64,000 bases of DNA from an uncultured Gammaproteobacteria bacterium (GTDB lineage Bacteria; Patescibacteriota; Patescibacteriia; UBA1558; S5-K13). Below are positions 39,624 to 48,576 of this stretch, one piece after another (the stretch's first letter is position 1; each line of letters opens with the position of its first letter). Below the pieces are notes generated by a model that did not search any database, was not told the origin of the DNA, and worked only from the letters and a program-made list of their open reading frames with translations. Location of the stretch: positions 179,115 to 243,114 of the forward strand of contig CAZXFD010000002.1 in NCBI GenBank assembly GCA_964640635.1. The letters are read 5' to 3'. The position numbers and the translations under genes were made by a program.

Positions 39624-41039
39624 ATGGTTTTTAGTTCACTTATTTTCATTTTTGTATTCCTTCCAATATTTTTATTGGTCTATTATTTATTACCCCATAA
39701 ATGGCGCAATCTATTTATTGTAATTGGGGGTTATTTTTTTTACTCTTGGGGTGCACCAAAATTTGCACTTATTTTGTTCCTAACTATTGCAGTAGATTAT
39801 ATAATAAGTTTATATTTAGCCAAAATAAAATCTTCACAAAAAAAATATTTACTTGTTATATCTATATTAATGAACGTTGGGCTTCTAGCTTATTTTAAAT
39901 ATAGTAATTTTTTTATAGAGCAGGTGAATGGACTACTTATTTTTGCAAATTTTCCAGAGCTTCCATGGAAAGAAGTAATTTTGCCTATTGGTATTTCTTT
40001 TACTATATTTCAAGAGTTAAGTTATATTATAGAAGTTTACAAAGGCAAAATAAAACCAGCAGACACTCTTATTGATTTTGCAGCATACCTAATGCTATTT
40101 CCACATCTAATAGCTGGCCCTATAGTTCGCTATATTGATATTGCAAAGCAGCTAAAAACAAGAACTTATAATGCCAGCGGCTTCTATTATGGAATAAAAC
40201 GTTTTACACTCGGCCTATCAAAAAAAGTTTTGATTGCCAATCCAATGAGTTCCATAGCTAATGCAGCATTTCATTTAAACTCGGTTCGCGATCTAGCATC
40301 TCCACTAGCTTGGCTTGGAATATTATCATACTCATTACAAATTTATTTTGATTTTTCTGGATACTCTGATATGGCTATTGGGCTTGCAAAGATGCTTGGA
40401 TTTGATTTTAGAGAAAATTTCAATAGACCATATATTGCAAAGAATATTACCGACTTTTGGACTCGCTGGCATATTTCTCTTTCAACATGGATGAAGGAGT
40501 ATCTATATATACCACTTGGAGGAAATAGAATATCCACAGCAAGAACATATATCAATCTATGGATAGTTTTTGTAATCTCTGGATTATGGCATGGAGCAAA
40601 TTGGAACTTTATTTTATGGGGTGTTTTTCATGGAATTTTACTAGTCGCTGAACGCTCATTCTTACTAAAATATTTATCAAAAATACCTAAATTTATTCAA
40701 ATTGGATTTACTTTTTTCTTAATTAACCTATCTTGGGTATTGTTTAGAGAAGAAAATTTATCACTAGCAATGAAGTTTTACAGACGACTATTTACTTTGG
40801 GAGATTTTTTCAAACCCATTAATATTCGCATGGGTGAAATCATAAACACAAAACAAATAGCTATTTTTGTTATTGCAATGCTAATAATATTTATGCCTTG
40901 GAAAAAAATATTCCATAAAAATATATCTAACAAAAAAACCGAAATATTCTTAGGCGTATTTAATTTAGGATTATTTATTTTTGCAATCATGGAATTATTT
41001 AATTCTCAATTTAATCCATTTATTTACTTTAGATTCTAA
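39624..41039 (+). CDS. MBOAT O-acyltransferase (AlgI/DltB family)
   Basis: MVFSS..F, LPIGISF, GPIVRY, YFDFSGYSDMAIG, FW.RWHISLS.W, GLWHGA. Confidence 0.95.
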   Translation: MVFSSLIFIFVFLPIFLLVYYLLPHKWRNLFIVIGGYFFYSWGAPKFALILFLTIAVDYIISLYLAKIKSSQKKYLLVISILMNVGLLAYFKYSNFFIEQVNGLLIFANFPELPWKEVILPIGISFTIFQELSYIIEVYKGKIKPADTLIDFAAYLMLFPHLIAGPIVRYIDIAKQLKTRTYNASGFYYGIKRFTLGLSKKVLIANPMSSIANAAFHLNSVRDLASPLAWLGILSYSLQIYFDFSGYSDMAIGLAKMLGFDFRENFNRPYIAKNITDFWTRWHISLSTWMKEYLYIPLGGNRISTARTYINLWIVFVISGLWHGANWNFILWGVFHGILLVAERSFLLKYLSKIPKFIQIGFTFFLINLSWVLFREENLSLAMKFYRRLFTLGDFFKPINIRMGEIINTKQIAIFVIAMLIIFMPWKKIFHKNISNKKTEIFLGVFNLGLFIFAIMELFNSQFNPFIYFRF

Positions 41040-41041
41040 AT

Positions 41042-42181
41042 ATGATTTTCAAAAAAATAATCATAACAATATTTATACTCATACTAAGTCTGCCACTAAT
41101 ACAGAGCATGTTTCATTTTATGCCAGAAACAAAACTAGGTGGAGAAATCCAAATAATAAACAAACCATATATTAATTTGACGAGTTGGCTAAGTGGAGAT
41201 ATACAAAAATATTTTGAAACCAAACTTGATCAAAGCCTTGGTCTAAAAGGATATTTTATAAAAACTGATAATCAAATAAACTACTTGCTTTTTGGACAAA
41301 TTTATCAAAAAACAGCAGCCCCATTAATCATAGGAAAACATCATTATATTTTTGAAAAAGGCTATATAGATTCATATATTGGAACTGAAAAAGTTGATTT
41401 GAATAAATTATCTGAACAAATTACACTCATGAAGAAAGTTCAGGATAAATTACAAAAGCAAAATAAAATATTTTTATTTGTTATTAGTCCTAGTAAAGCA
41501 AACTTTTTCAAAGAATACATCCCAAATAGTGCGCTAAAAGGAATTCATACTGAAGATTTAAATTATAATTATTTTGCATTAATTAGAGAATTAAAAAAAC
41601 AAAATATTAATTATTGGGACGGAAGTGAATTCTTTTTATCACAAAAATCCAAGTCTACTGCTCCTCTATTTTCAAAATCAGGAACTCATTGGAGTCTTTA
41701 TGGAGCTTGCCTAGCAACGAAAGAAATAATTAATCTCTTAGGAAGTCAACAAAATATAAATTATATTTCTCCACAATGCAACTCACTAGACTGGTCAAAC
41801 AAACCACTCGATCAAGATGCTGATTTATTAAATTTATCAAACATTTGGTTTAAATATCCTTTTGAAGAGAGACTTGCCTATCCTAAAACCGAAAAAATAT
41901 CTAATATCAACAACCTAAATATTTTATTAATAGGAGATAGTTTTTCCTGGAATTTCGTAAGACGGCTAGAGACCGGGCCATATGTAAACAACTACAATTT
42001 TGCTTATTATTTTAATACCTTGTATAGTTTCCCGGATAGAAAAAAAACTTCTGATATTAAACAAAGTAATGAACTATTAAATCTAATAGAATATAATAAT
42101 GCTGTAATAGTAGAGATAAATGAATCTGGAATTTCTGATATTGGTTGGGGATTTTTAAAGAGTGCGGATAAGGTTTTATAA
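41042..42181 (+). CDS. AlgJ/AlgX-like SGNH O-acetyltransferase
   Basis: P.K motif, GTHWS..GA, IGDSF; adjacent to the MBOAT gene. Confidence 0.8.
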   Translation: MIFKKIIITIFILILSLPLIQSMFHFMPETKLGGEIQIINKPYINLTSWLSGDIQKYFETKLDQSLGLKGYFIKTDNQINYLLFGQIYQKTAAPLIIGKHHYIFEKGYIDSYIGTEKVDLNKLSEQITLMKKVQDKLQKQNKIFLFVISPSKANFFKEYIPNSALKGIHTEDLNYNYFALIRELKKQNINYWDGSEFFLSQKSKSTAPLFSKSGTHWSLYGACLATKEIINLLGSQQNINYISPQCNSLDWSNKPLDQDADLLNLSNIWFKYPFEERLAYPKTEKISNINNLNILLIGDSFSWNFVRRLETGPYVNNYNFAYYFNTLYSFPDRKKTSDIKQSNELLNLIEYNNAVIVEINESGISDIGWGFLKSADKVL

Positions 42182-42200
42182 ATAAAACACGAATCTCAAG

Positions 42201-42238
42201 AATAAAAAAATCCAGAATTAGTTCTGGATTTTTTTATT
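42201..42238. terminator. Bidirectional terminator
   Basis: aataaaaaaatccagaa-ttag-ttctggatttttttatt. Confidence 0.85.
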
Positions 42239-42288
42239 TAACTTCTAATTTCTAGTTTTTTATATCTTTGTTGTTAAAGTTTGACGAG

Positions 42289-42365
42289 TGGTGCACTCGG
42301 CAGGACTCAAACCTGCAACCCCTTGTTCCGAAGACAAGTGCTCTATTCAATTAAGCTACGAGTGC
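42289..42365 (-). tRNA. tRNA-Arg (TCG)
   Basis: GCACTCG acceptor stem, CTTGT-CT TCG GA-ACAAG anticodon arm, ACCA end. Confidence 0.92.
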
Positions 42366-42376
42366 GTAATAAATTT

Positions 42377-42943
42377 TTAATTATTTAATTCCTTTTCTAT
42401 TATAATCTGCACATCACTTACTGCTTGTGATAATTTTCCTTGAATATTTACAACCCTATAATCACAAATATCTGCAACTTTACTTTCTTCATCAACCTCC
42501 CTTAGTCTTCTTTCAACATCCTCTGGTGTAGAACCATCTCTTCCCTCTATCCTCTTTCTAAGATTTTCAAGTGAGTCTGGAACTACAAATATAGTAATTA
42601 AATTATCAACGACTTTAGATAAGTTTTCTACTCCTTGAGTATCGCAGACAAAAAGCGGAACATGCCCTGAATCAAAAATTCGTCTTACTTCTTTTTTTTC
42701 TGATCCATATAAATTTCCATATACATCTGCGGTTTCATAAAACTCATCTTTATTTCTCATTTCTTCCATTTCTTCTTTTGTATAGAAATAATAATCCTTT
42801 CCACTTTCTTCTCCTGGTCTAATACTCCTTGAGGTAGATGTAATAACTTTTTCTATTTTCGGATTTTTTTCTATAAGCTCATAAACAATCGTTGTTTTAC
42901 CAACTCCAGAAAACCCTGATATCAAAAACACTTTTTCTTTCAT
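42377..42943 (-). CDS. gmk: Guanylate kinase
   Basis: SGFSGVGKTT, TSRSIRPGE..GKDYYF, YGNLYG. Confidence 0.95.
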   Translation of the reverse strand: MKEKVFLISGFSGVGKTTIVYELIEKNPKIEKVITSTSRSIRPGEESGKDYYFYTKEEMEEMRNKDEFYETADVYGNLYGSEKKEVRRIFDSGHVPLFVCDTQGVENLSKVVDNLITIFVVPDSLENLRKRIEGRDGSTPEDVERRLREVDEESKVADICDYRVVNIQGKLSQAVSDVQIIIEKELNN

Positions 42944-42948
42944 AATAA

Positions 42949-43878
42949 TTATATCAAATTATCTATTATCCTTTTTAAATCGTTTGGGAGTTTTGATTTA
43001 AATTTCTTTCTAACACCGCTCAAATCTGAAAATTCTAAATAATATGAATGAAGAAATGTTCTAGAAAGATTAAATTTGTCCTTGTATTTTCTACTTCTAT
43101 ATAAATCATCTCCTATAATAGGGTGATCTATTGCATGCATATGTGCTCTTATTTGATGACTTCTCCCCGTCTTAATAAGCACGTCCAAAAATGTAAAATG
43201 ATTAAACTGTTGCTCTACAAAAAAATAAGTAAGGGCATCACGTTCTGCCTCACCCTTTGGCATAGCAACCATTTTCCCACTTCGCTTTGATCTGACAATA
43301 GGAAAATCTATTACCCCCTCATTTTTATCAAATATTCCATATACAAGGGCGTAATATCTTTTAACAATTTCTCTGTTTTGAAATTGACTCTTTAGGTGTT
43401 TAAACATTTTTGGATCTCTGGCCACCACCATAAGTCCCGAAACATTTTTATCTAATCTGTGAACAATTCCTGGTCTATATTTTTTCTCTTCTCCAATTTT
43501 TTTAATCTCTGGATATTTTTCTTTAAGAAAATCTACAAGCGAATATTCCTTTATATCTTTTGTCCCGTGGACTATGAGTCCTGCGGGCTTTTCAAGTACT
43601 ATATAATCATCACGCTCACTAATTATTTTTACCTTGTCTGCTAGACAAGCCTTGTCTATTTTTTCTTCTTTAATTTTTTTGACAACAAGACTCTTGATTT
43701 CTATTTTATCATTTTTTGAAAGCCAAGAATGTTTTATATTTACAACATCACCATTTACCTTAATGTTTCCATTTTCTATCAGACTCTGAATTTTTGAGCG
43801 TGACAAATCAGACAAATTTTCTACCAAAAATTTATCAAGCCTTGTCTTATTGTTTTCACATGTAAATAATTGTTTCAT
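42949..43878 (-). CDS. RluA/RluD family 23S rRNA pseudouridine synthase
   Basis: S4 domain RLDKFL, KPAGLIVH, GIVHRLDK, TGRSHQIRAH. Confidence 0.95.
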   Translation of the reverse strand: MKQLFTCENNKTRLDKFLVENLSDLSRSKIQSLIENGNIKVNGDVVNIKHSWLSKNDKIEIKSLVVKKIKEEKIDKACLADKVKIISERDDYIVLEKPAGLIVHGTKDIKEYSLVDFLKEKYPEIKKIGEEKKYRPGIVHRLDKNVSGLMVVARDPKMFKHLKSQFQNREIVKRYYALVYGIFDKNEGVIDFPIVRSKRSGKMVAMPKGEAERDALTYFFVEQQFNHFTFLDVLIKTGRSHQIRAHMHAIDHPIIGDDLYRSRKYKDKFNLSRTFLHSYYLEFSDLSGVRKKFKSKLPNDLKRIIDNLI

Positions 43879-43917
43879 ATACTATAAACTACCATAATAA
43901 TAAGGTTTTAGCAATGT

Positions 43918-44679
43918 TTATTCCTTTGCAATATTCCACAAAACTTTAAAATAATTTTCAAAAGATTTTACAATCTCAACATTTTTTATTTCAAAAATAA
44001 TTGAATGAGTTGAATAAATAATAAGCTCAATTCTATCATTCCAAATTTGGATACCCACAGGAGAGTAAAACGACTCTGGTAAAAATTTAAACTTCTTTCT
44101 CTGCAATTGCGATTGATCTCTGTAATCTTTATCCATAAAATTGCTAATTTCATTTCTCTGATTTTCATAAGCTAAGAGTCGCTGATCTACATTTTTTTCT
44201 ATTCTAATTTTTTCATATTTATACAAAATTCCAGATTCTTTTGCTAAATCAATCCACTTTTGACTTCCAGCACCAATTATATAATTAACCGAATCTTTTT
44301 CTTGATTTTTTATATTTGTCATGTGAACTGTTTTAAATCCATCGAGCCCTTCATATACTCTTATATCAGAAATATTTTTGGAAGTATCTCTTTTTGAAAT
44401 AAGTTGGGGAAGCAATTTTTCTATTGTTTCTTCTTGAAGTCTGACATTTTCAAGTAATTGCTGAGGGTCTTTTGTCTGAAAATTCTTGCGTCCTGACTTT
44501 ACCACGGAGAAGACAAGCTCTTTTTCCTCGAGCTCTGCAAGAGTATTATAAACAGTCTGTCTTGGAAGCTTTGCTTTTGCAATTATCAGTCCTGCGCGAC
44601 TCTGTCCAAGCTCTAAAAGTGCCAAATATACCCTTGCTTGATTGCTAGAAAACCCTAATTTTATTAATTCTTGTTCCAT
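43918..44679 (-). CDS. TrmB-family HTH transcriptional regulator, copy 1
   Basis: LGFSSNQARVYLALLELG...RQTVYNTL, YEGLDG, C-terminal F..LW..AK; likely start 44679. Confidence 0.85.
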   Translation of the reverse strand: MEQELIKLGFSSNQARVYLALLELGQSRAGLIIAKAKLPRQTVYNTLAELEEKELVFSVVKSGRKNFQTKDPQQLLENVRLQEETIEKLLPQLISKRDTSKNISDIRVYEGLDGFKTVHMTNIKNQEKDSVNYIIGAGSQKWIDLAKESGILYKYEKIRIEKNVDQRLLAYENQRNEISNFMDKDYRDQSQLQRKKFKFLPESFYSPVGIQIWNDRIELIIYSTHSIIFEIKNVEIVKSFENYFKVLWNIAKE

Positions 44680-44762
44680 ATGTTCATTTGCCCGTCGCAT
44701 GACGGGATTGATTAATTGTCAAATATATTAGTCAATAATCATAAATATACCTTTATATAATC

Positions 44763-44826
44763 ATTATATCATATATAAATATTGTAGTCAAACATAGTTG
44801 ACAATATACTGTATACATGATATATT
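44763..44826. promoter_or_regulatory. Back-to-back divergent sigma70 promoters with GTCAA-N6-TTGAC inverted repeat
   Basis: + strand TTGACA-17-TATATT (44798); - strand TTGACT-17-TATAAT. Confidence 0.7.
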
Positions 44827-44892
44827 TAACTATTACAACACAAAGAAAGCTATTTGACAACTTAATACCCTATTAATGGAAAGGAGGAAAAA

Positions 44893-45174
44893 ATGGAGCA
44901 AATGATTATCATTTCAATTCCAAAAGGTATCTTTGTTCTCATAGTGTTGGTTTTATTTTTTGTGGTTTTTTCAATTATTCCTGGTTTATTTATTGAATTA
45001 TGCGAAAGAGATTTACGTAGATTTTTAATCAGAAATAGAAAAAACGAAAAACTAATCACAAATATTGGAAATGCTGATGAAAAAGCATTAAAACTCATAA
45101 TATGCTTGCTGGAAGAATATGAGTTAACACCCCTGGGTCATATACGCTACAATTGGTGGAAACGAAAAAAATAA
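44893..45174 (+). CDS. Small membrane hypothetical protein
   Basis: AAGGAGG SD; one TM segment. Confidence 0.7.
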   Translation: MEQMIIISIPKGIFVLIVLVLFFVVFSIIPGLFIELCERDLRRFLIRNRKNEKLITNIGNADEKALKLIICLLEEYELTPLGHIRYNWWKRKK

Positions 45175-45211
45175 TGAAAACAAAACTTGAAAAATCCTTA
45201 AGGAGGATAAA

Positions 45212-45826
45212 ATGTTAAGTGTAAAAAATCTGTTCTCAAAAAACAATCCAAAAATATCCGAAACACCTGAAAATAATAACTGCTCTATTAGTAGCAAAAA
45301 AATGTTAGAAAACTGGCGAGACAACTATGAATACACCAACAAGGAAGAATTCTTAATAGAATTGAATTTGACCTTAAAAAAAGAACTTGCAAGTGCCACA
45401 ACAATAGATCAAATTAAAGAACTATTAAAACCGTGGGAAAGCGATTACTTGCGAGCGATGAGAGAATTAGATGCAACTGGTGGATTTCATATGTATTGCA
45501 AAACTTCCGATTGGAAGATCTTTGTAGAGGATGTCTTTGAATCAATAAAGGTAGGTTTTGATAAATGGGACTTAATATCATCACATCAACTCAATAACCC
45601 TTGGGGCAGAACAAAAGAGATAATAATAAACTGTAGATTTGGAAGCGAATTATTTATGAAGATTCTTTACGATCTCGGTAGGTTTTTCTCTAAAAGTGAT
45701 TTCATAGAGGTTCAAAAATATATTATGAACTTCAAACATGGAATGCCCTACAGTTTGATAGAGTGTGAAGACGAAAGTGATTATTATCAAAAAGTTCTTT
45801 CCATAATAAACGAGATCGATAAATAG
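45212..45826 (+). CDS. Hypothetical helical protein
   Basis: TAAGGAGG SD; SATTIDQIKELL and DKWD motifs. Confidence 0.75.
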   Translation: MLSVKNLFSKNNPKISETPENNNCSISSKKMLENWRDNYEYTNKEEFLIELNLTLKKELASATTIDQIKELLKPWESDYLRAMRELDATGGFHMYCKTSDWKIFVEDVFESIKVGFDKWDLISSHQLNNPWGRTKEIIINCRFGSELFMKILYDLGRFFSKSDFIEVQKYIMNFKHGMPYSLIECEDESDYYQKVLSIINEIDK

Positions 45827-45891
45827 AAAACTAGTCCTCTAGGGAGAGCTAGCCAAAGTGCAGCGAATAAACACTGCGCAAAAACAGTTAC

Positions 45892-45930
45892 AGCGTCGAG
45901 TCAAATAATTCGGCGCTTTTTTATTTTTTT
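45892..45930 (+). terminator. Rho-independent terminator (agcgtcg...cggcgct family)
   Basis: Hairpin plus T-run; homologous copies at 57908-57939 and 58657-58748. Confidence 0.8.
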
Positions 45931-46002
45931 AAGATTATTCCATAAATCTACCTTACCCCACCTTCGCCTTTTCACCTTCGCCATTTTTTCCAAGCTTCCT
46001 AG

Positions 46003-46060
46003 TCCTCTCCCACAAAACGGGATCCCGCAACAATTATAAAATATATGGGGGCGGGGCTAA
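46003..46060. repeat. 58-bp dispersed repeat, copy 2
   Basis: 55/58 identical to 37707-37764. Confidence 0.9.
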
Positions 46061-46213
46061 TTTCCTAATCCCCAACCTCAAATTCGTGTATTATTATCCT
46101 ACTTACATTCGTATATTTGCATCAATATTTGCATAATTAGTATACATTAGTATATTGGCATTGTAGTCATTCGTATAGTATAATAAAAGCAGTTATAAAC
46201 TAAATTTTTATCT

Positions 46214-47089
46214 ATGCAAAAAATTCAAAAAGTTGTAATTCCTGCCGCTGGATATGGAACAAGATTTCTACCAGCTACAAAAGCTCAGCCAAAAGAAATG
46301 CTTCCAATAGTTGATAAACCAATTATTCAATATGTTGTAGAAGAAGCTGTCGCCTCTGGAATTCAAGATATTGTCATAGTAACTGGATATAGTAAACGTG
46401 CAATAGAAGATCATTTTGATTACAATCATGAGCTAATGCACATGCTCAAAAAGCAGGGTAAAGAAAAACTTCGTGAAGAAATAAAAAAAATTGCTGATTT
46501 GGCAAATTTTGTTTATATAAGACAAAAGGGTCCTTATGGAAATGGAACTCCAATCCTTAATGCAAAAAGCATTGTAGGAAATGAACCATTTGCAGTAATG
46601 TGGGGAGATGAATTTATTGATGCGCGCCCACACAGACTCAAACAAATGATGGACGTCTATGACAAATATGGAGGCATTGTAATTTCTGGTCTTAGAATAA
46701 AAGACAAAAAAAATCTAAAAAGATACGGCATAGCTGATATTAAACCTGTTGAAAAAAATATCTATGAAATCAAAAATATTATAGAAAAACCCGATCCAAA
46801 GGAGGCTCCGTCAAATCTAGCTCTTCTTGGTGCCTATATTTTGCCACCTGAAATCTTTGAGGCCTTTTCTCATATCAAGCCTGGTCAAGGTGGAGAAATT
46901 TGGCTCGTTGACGCAATAAATTATCTCAAGAAAAAAGGTGTTCCACTTTATGCCTGCGAAGTGCAGAACGGAAAATACTACGACTGTGGAAATAAACTTG
47001 AATACCTGAAAACAAATATTGAATTCGGACTAAAACATCCTGAAGTATCAAAAGATCTAAAAAAATATCTTAAAACTTTAAAATTTTAA
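46214..47089 (+). CDS. galU: UTP--glucose-1-phosphate uridylyltransferase
   Basis: VIPAAGYGTRFLPATKAQPKEMLPIVDKP, IEKP, YDCGNK. Confidence 0.96.
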   Translation: MQKIQKVVIPAAGYGTRFLPATKAQPKEMLPIVDKPIIQYVVEEAVASGIQDIVIVTGYSKRAIEDHFDYNHELMHMLKKQGKEKLREEIKKIADLANFVYIRQKGPYGNGTPILNAKSIVGNEPFAVMWGDEFIDARPHRLKQMMDVYDKYGGIVISGLRIKDKKNLKRYGIADIKPVEKNIYEIKNIIEKPDPKEAPSNLALLGAYILPPEIFEAFSHIKPGQGGEIWLVDAINYLKKKGVPLYACEVQNGKYYDCGNKLEYLKTNIEFGLKHPEVSKDLKKYLKTLKF

Positions 47090-47155
47090 TAATAAATTTG
47101 CGTTTGTAATAAGGCATTCTTTTGCCTTTTCACTTTCGCCTTTACAACTAAACTT

Positions 47156-48529
47156 ATGAATTTTAAAAAAATTGCTATTTTGCTTATTCTTACATTATTT
47201 ATAAGCTCTGGGGCTTCTTGTAGCAAAACTACTACTACCGACAAAAATCTTTTTAAACCCATTACTATAACTATTTGGGCTGTTTATGAAAATGAGGATA
47301 GCTTTGCACAGGTATTTCAAGAATTTAAAAAACAACATCCAACTGTAAATTTTAGTTTCCGCGTTTTTGAAGCAGAAGAATATGAAAATCAATTACTAAA
47401 TGCTTGGGCAGACAATCGTGGTCCAGATATTTATTTTCTTCCCAACTCCTCTATTGGAAAATACTATGCAAAAGGAAGAATTACCCCTCTACCAGAAAAA
47501 ATCAAGCTTCCATATAGACAAGCGACAACAAGGGGTGTGGGAATGTTTTCAAAAACAGAAATTAAAGACTTTGTAAAAGAACAAAAAACTATTACTCCCG
47601 CTCAAATAAAAGACGCTTACGCAACAGTTGCTTACAATGATATTGTTATAAACAACAAAATATATGGACTTCCTCTCAGCATAGAAACATTAGCAATGTT
47701 TTATAATAGAGATATTACAAATGGAGCAAATATTGCAACCCCCCCTGTCAATTGGAACGACTTTGTGGAAAATGTAAAACAAATAACGCTCCTTGATGAA
47801 AAAAAGGTCTTTATCCAAAATGGAACAGCAATGGGTTCTACAAAAAACATAGACAATGGCTCTGATATAGCACTGCTTCTTATAAATCAAAATGGCATAA
47901 ACACCCTAGAAAATAATTCTTTCAATCTTGGAAAAACTCAAGAAGAAGTGCAAAAAACGCTAGAAGCTATCAAGTTCTTTAACGATTTTTCTAATCCTAT
48001 AATGGAAGTACACTCATGGGACGACACCTCAAAACAAGATGCCTTTAGTGCATTTACGTCCAAAAAACTTGCATACTATTTTGGCTATCCACACAAAATA
48101 AAAGAAATACCAAAAACTCTAAACTACGGAATAGCTCCCGTTCCTCAGATAAACAAAACTGCTCCCGCAAATATTGCAGACTATTGGGTAATGACAGTTT
48201 CTCATCAAACCAAAAATATAGATATTGCTTGGGGCTTCATTGACTTTATAAACAAAGCAGAAAATGCTAAAATATATCTAAGTAAAAGTGGAAAACCAAG
48301 CTCACTTAGATCTCTTATAGATTATCAAAAAGAAAAACAACCTGAACTTACTCCATTCCTAGATCAAATACTTACAGCAAGATCTTGGTACAAAGGAACC
48401 AATCCAGAATTCGCACAAAAACAACTAAGTAGCTTTATAGAACAACTCAAAATAGCAAAAGATCAAAAACAACAAATAGAATTTCTCAATACAGCATTAA
48501 TACAAATCAATCAAGATAAAGTAAATTAA
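47156..48529 (+). CDS. Extracellular solute-binding lipoprotein (sugar ABC SBP family 1-like)
   Basis: Lipobox-like GASC, GPDIY, YGLP.SIETLAMFYNRD, P.NW. Confidence 0.85.
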   Translation: MNFKKIAILLILTLFISSGASCSKTTTTDKNLFKPITITIWAVYENEDSFAQVFQEFKKQHPTVNFSFRVFEAEEYENQLLNAWADNRGPDIYFLPNSSIGKYYAKGRITPLPEKIKLPYRQATTRGVGMFSKTEIKDFVKEQKTITPAQIKDAYATVAYNDIVINNKIYGLPLSIETLAMFYNRDITNGANIATPPVNWNDFVENVKQITLLDEKKVFIQNGTAMGSTKNIDNGSDIALLLINQNGINTLENNSFNLGKTQEEVQKTLEAIKFFNDFSNPIMEVHSWDDTSKQDAFSAFTSKKLAYYFGYPHKIKEIPKTLNYGIAPVPQINKTAPANIADYWVMTVSHQTKNIDIAWGFIDFINKAENAKIYLSKSGKPSSLRSLIDYQKEKQPELTPFLDQILTARSWYKGTNPEFAQKQLSSFIEQLKIAKDQKQQIEFLNTALIQINQDKVN

Positions 48530-48576
48530 CCCAAGTTAGCTACGAAGCTTTCGTAGCTACGAAGCTAACAACTCAA

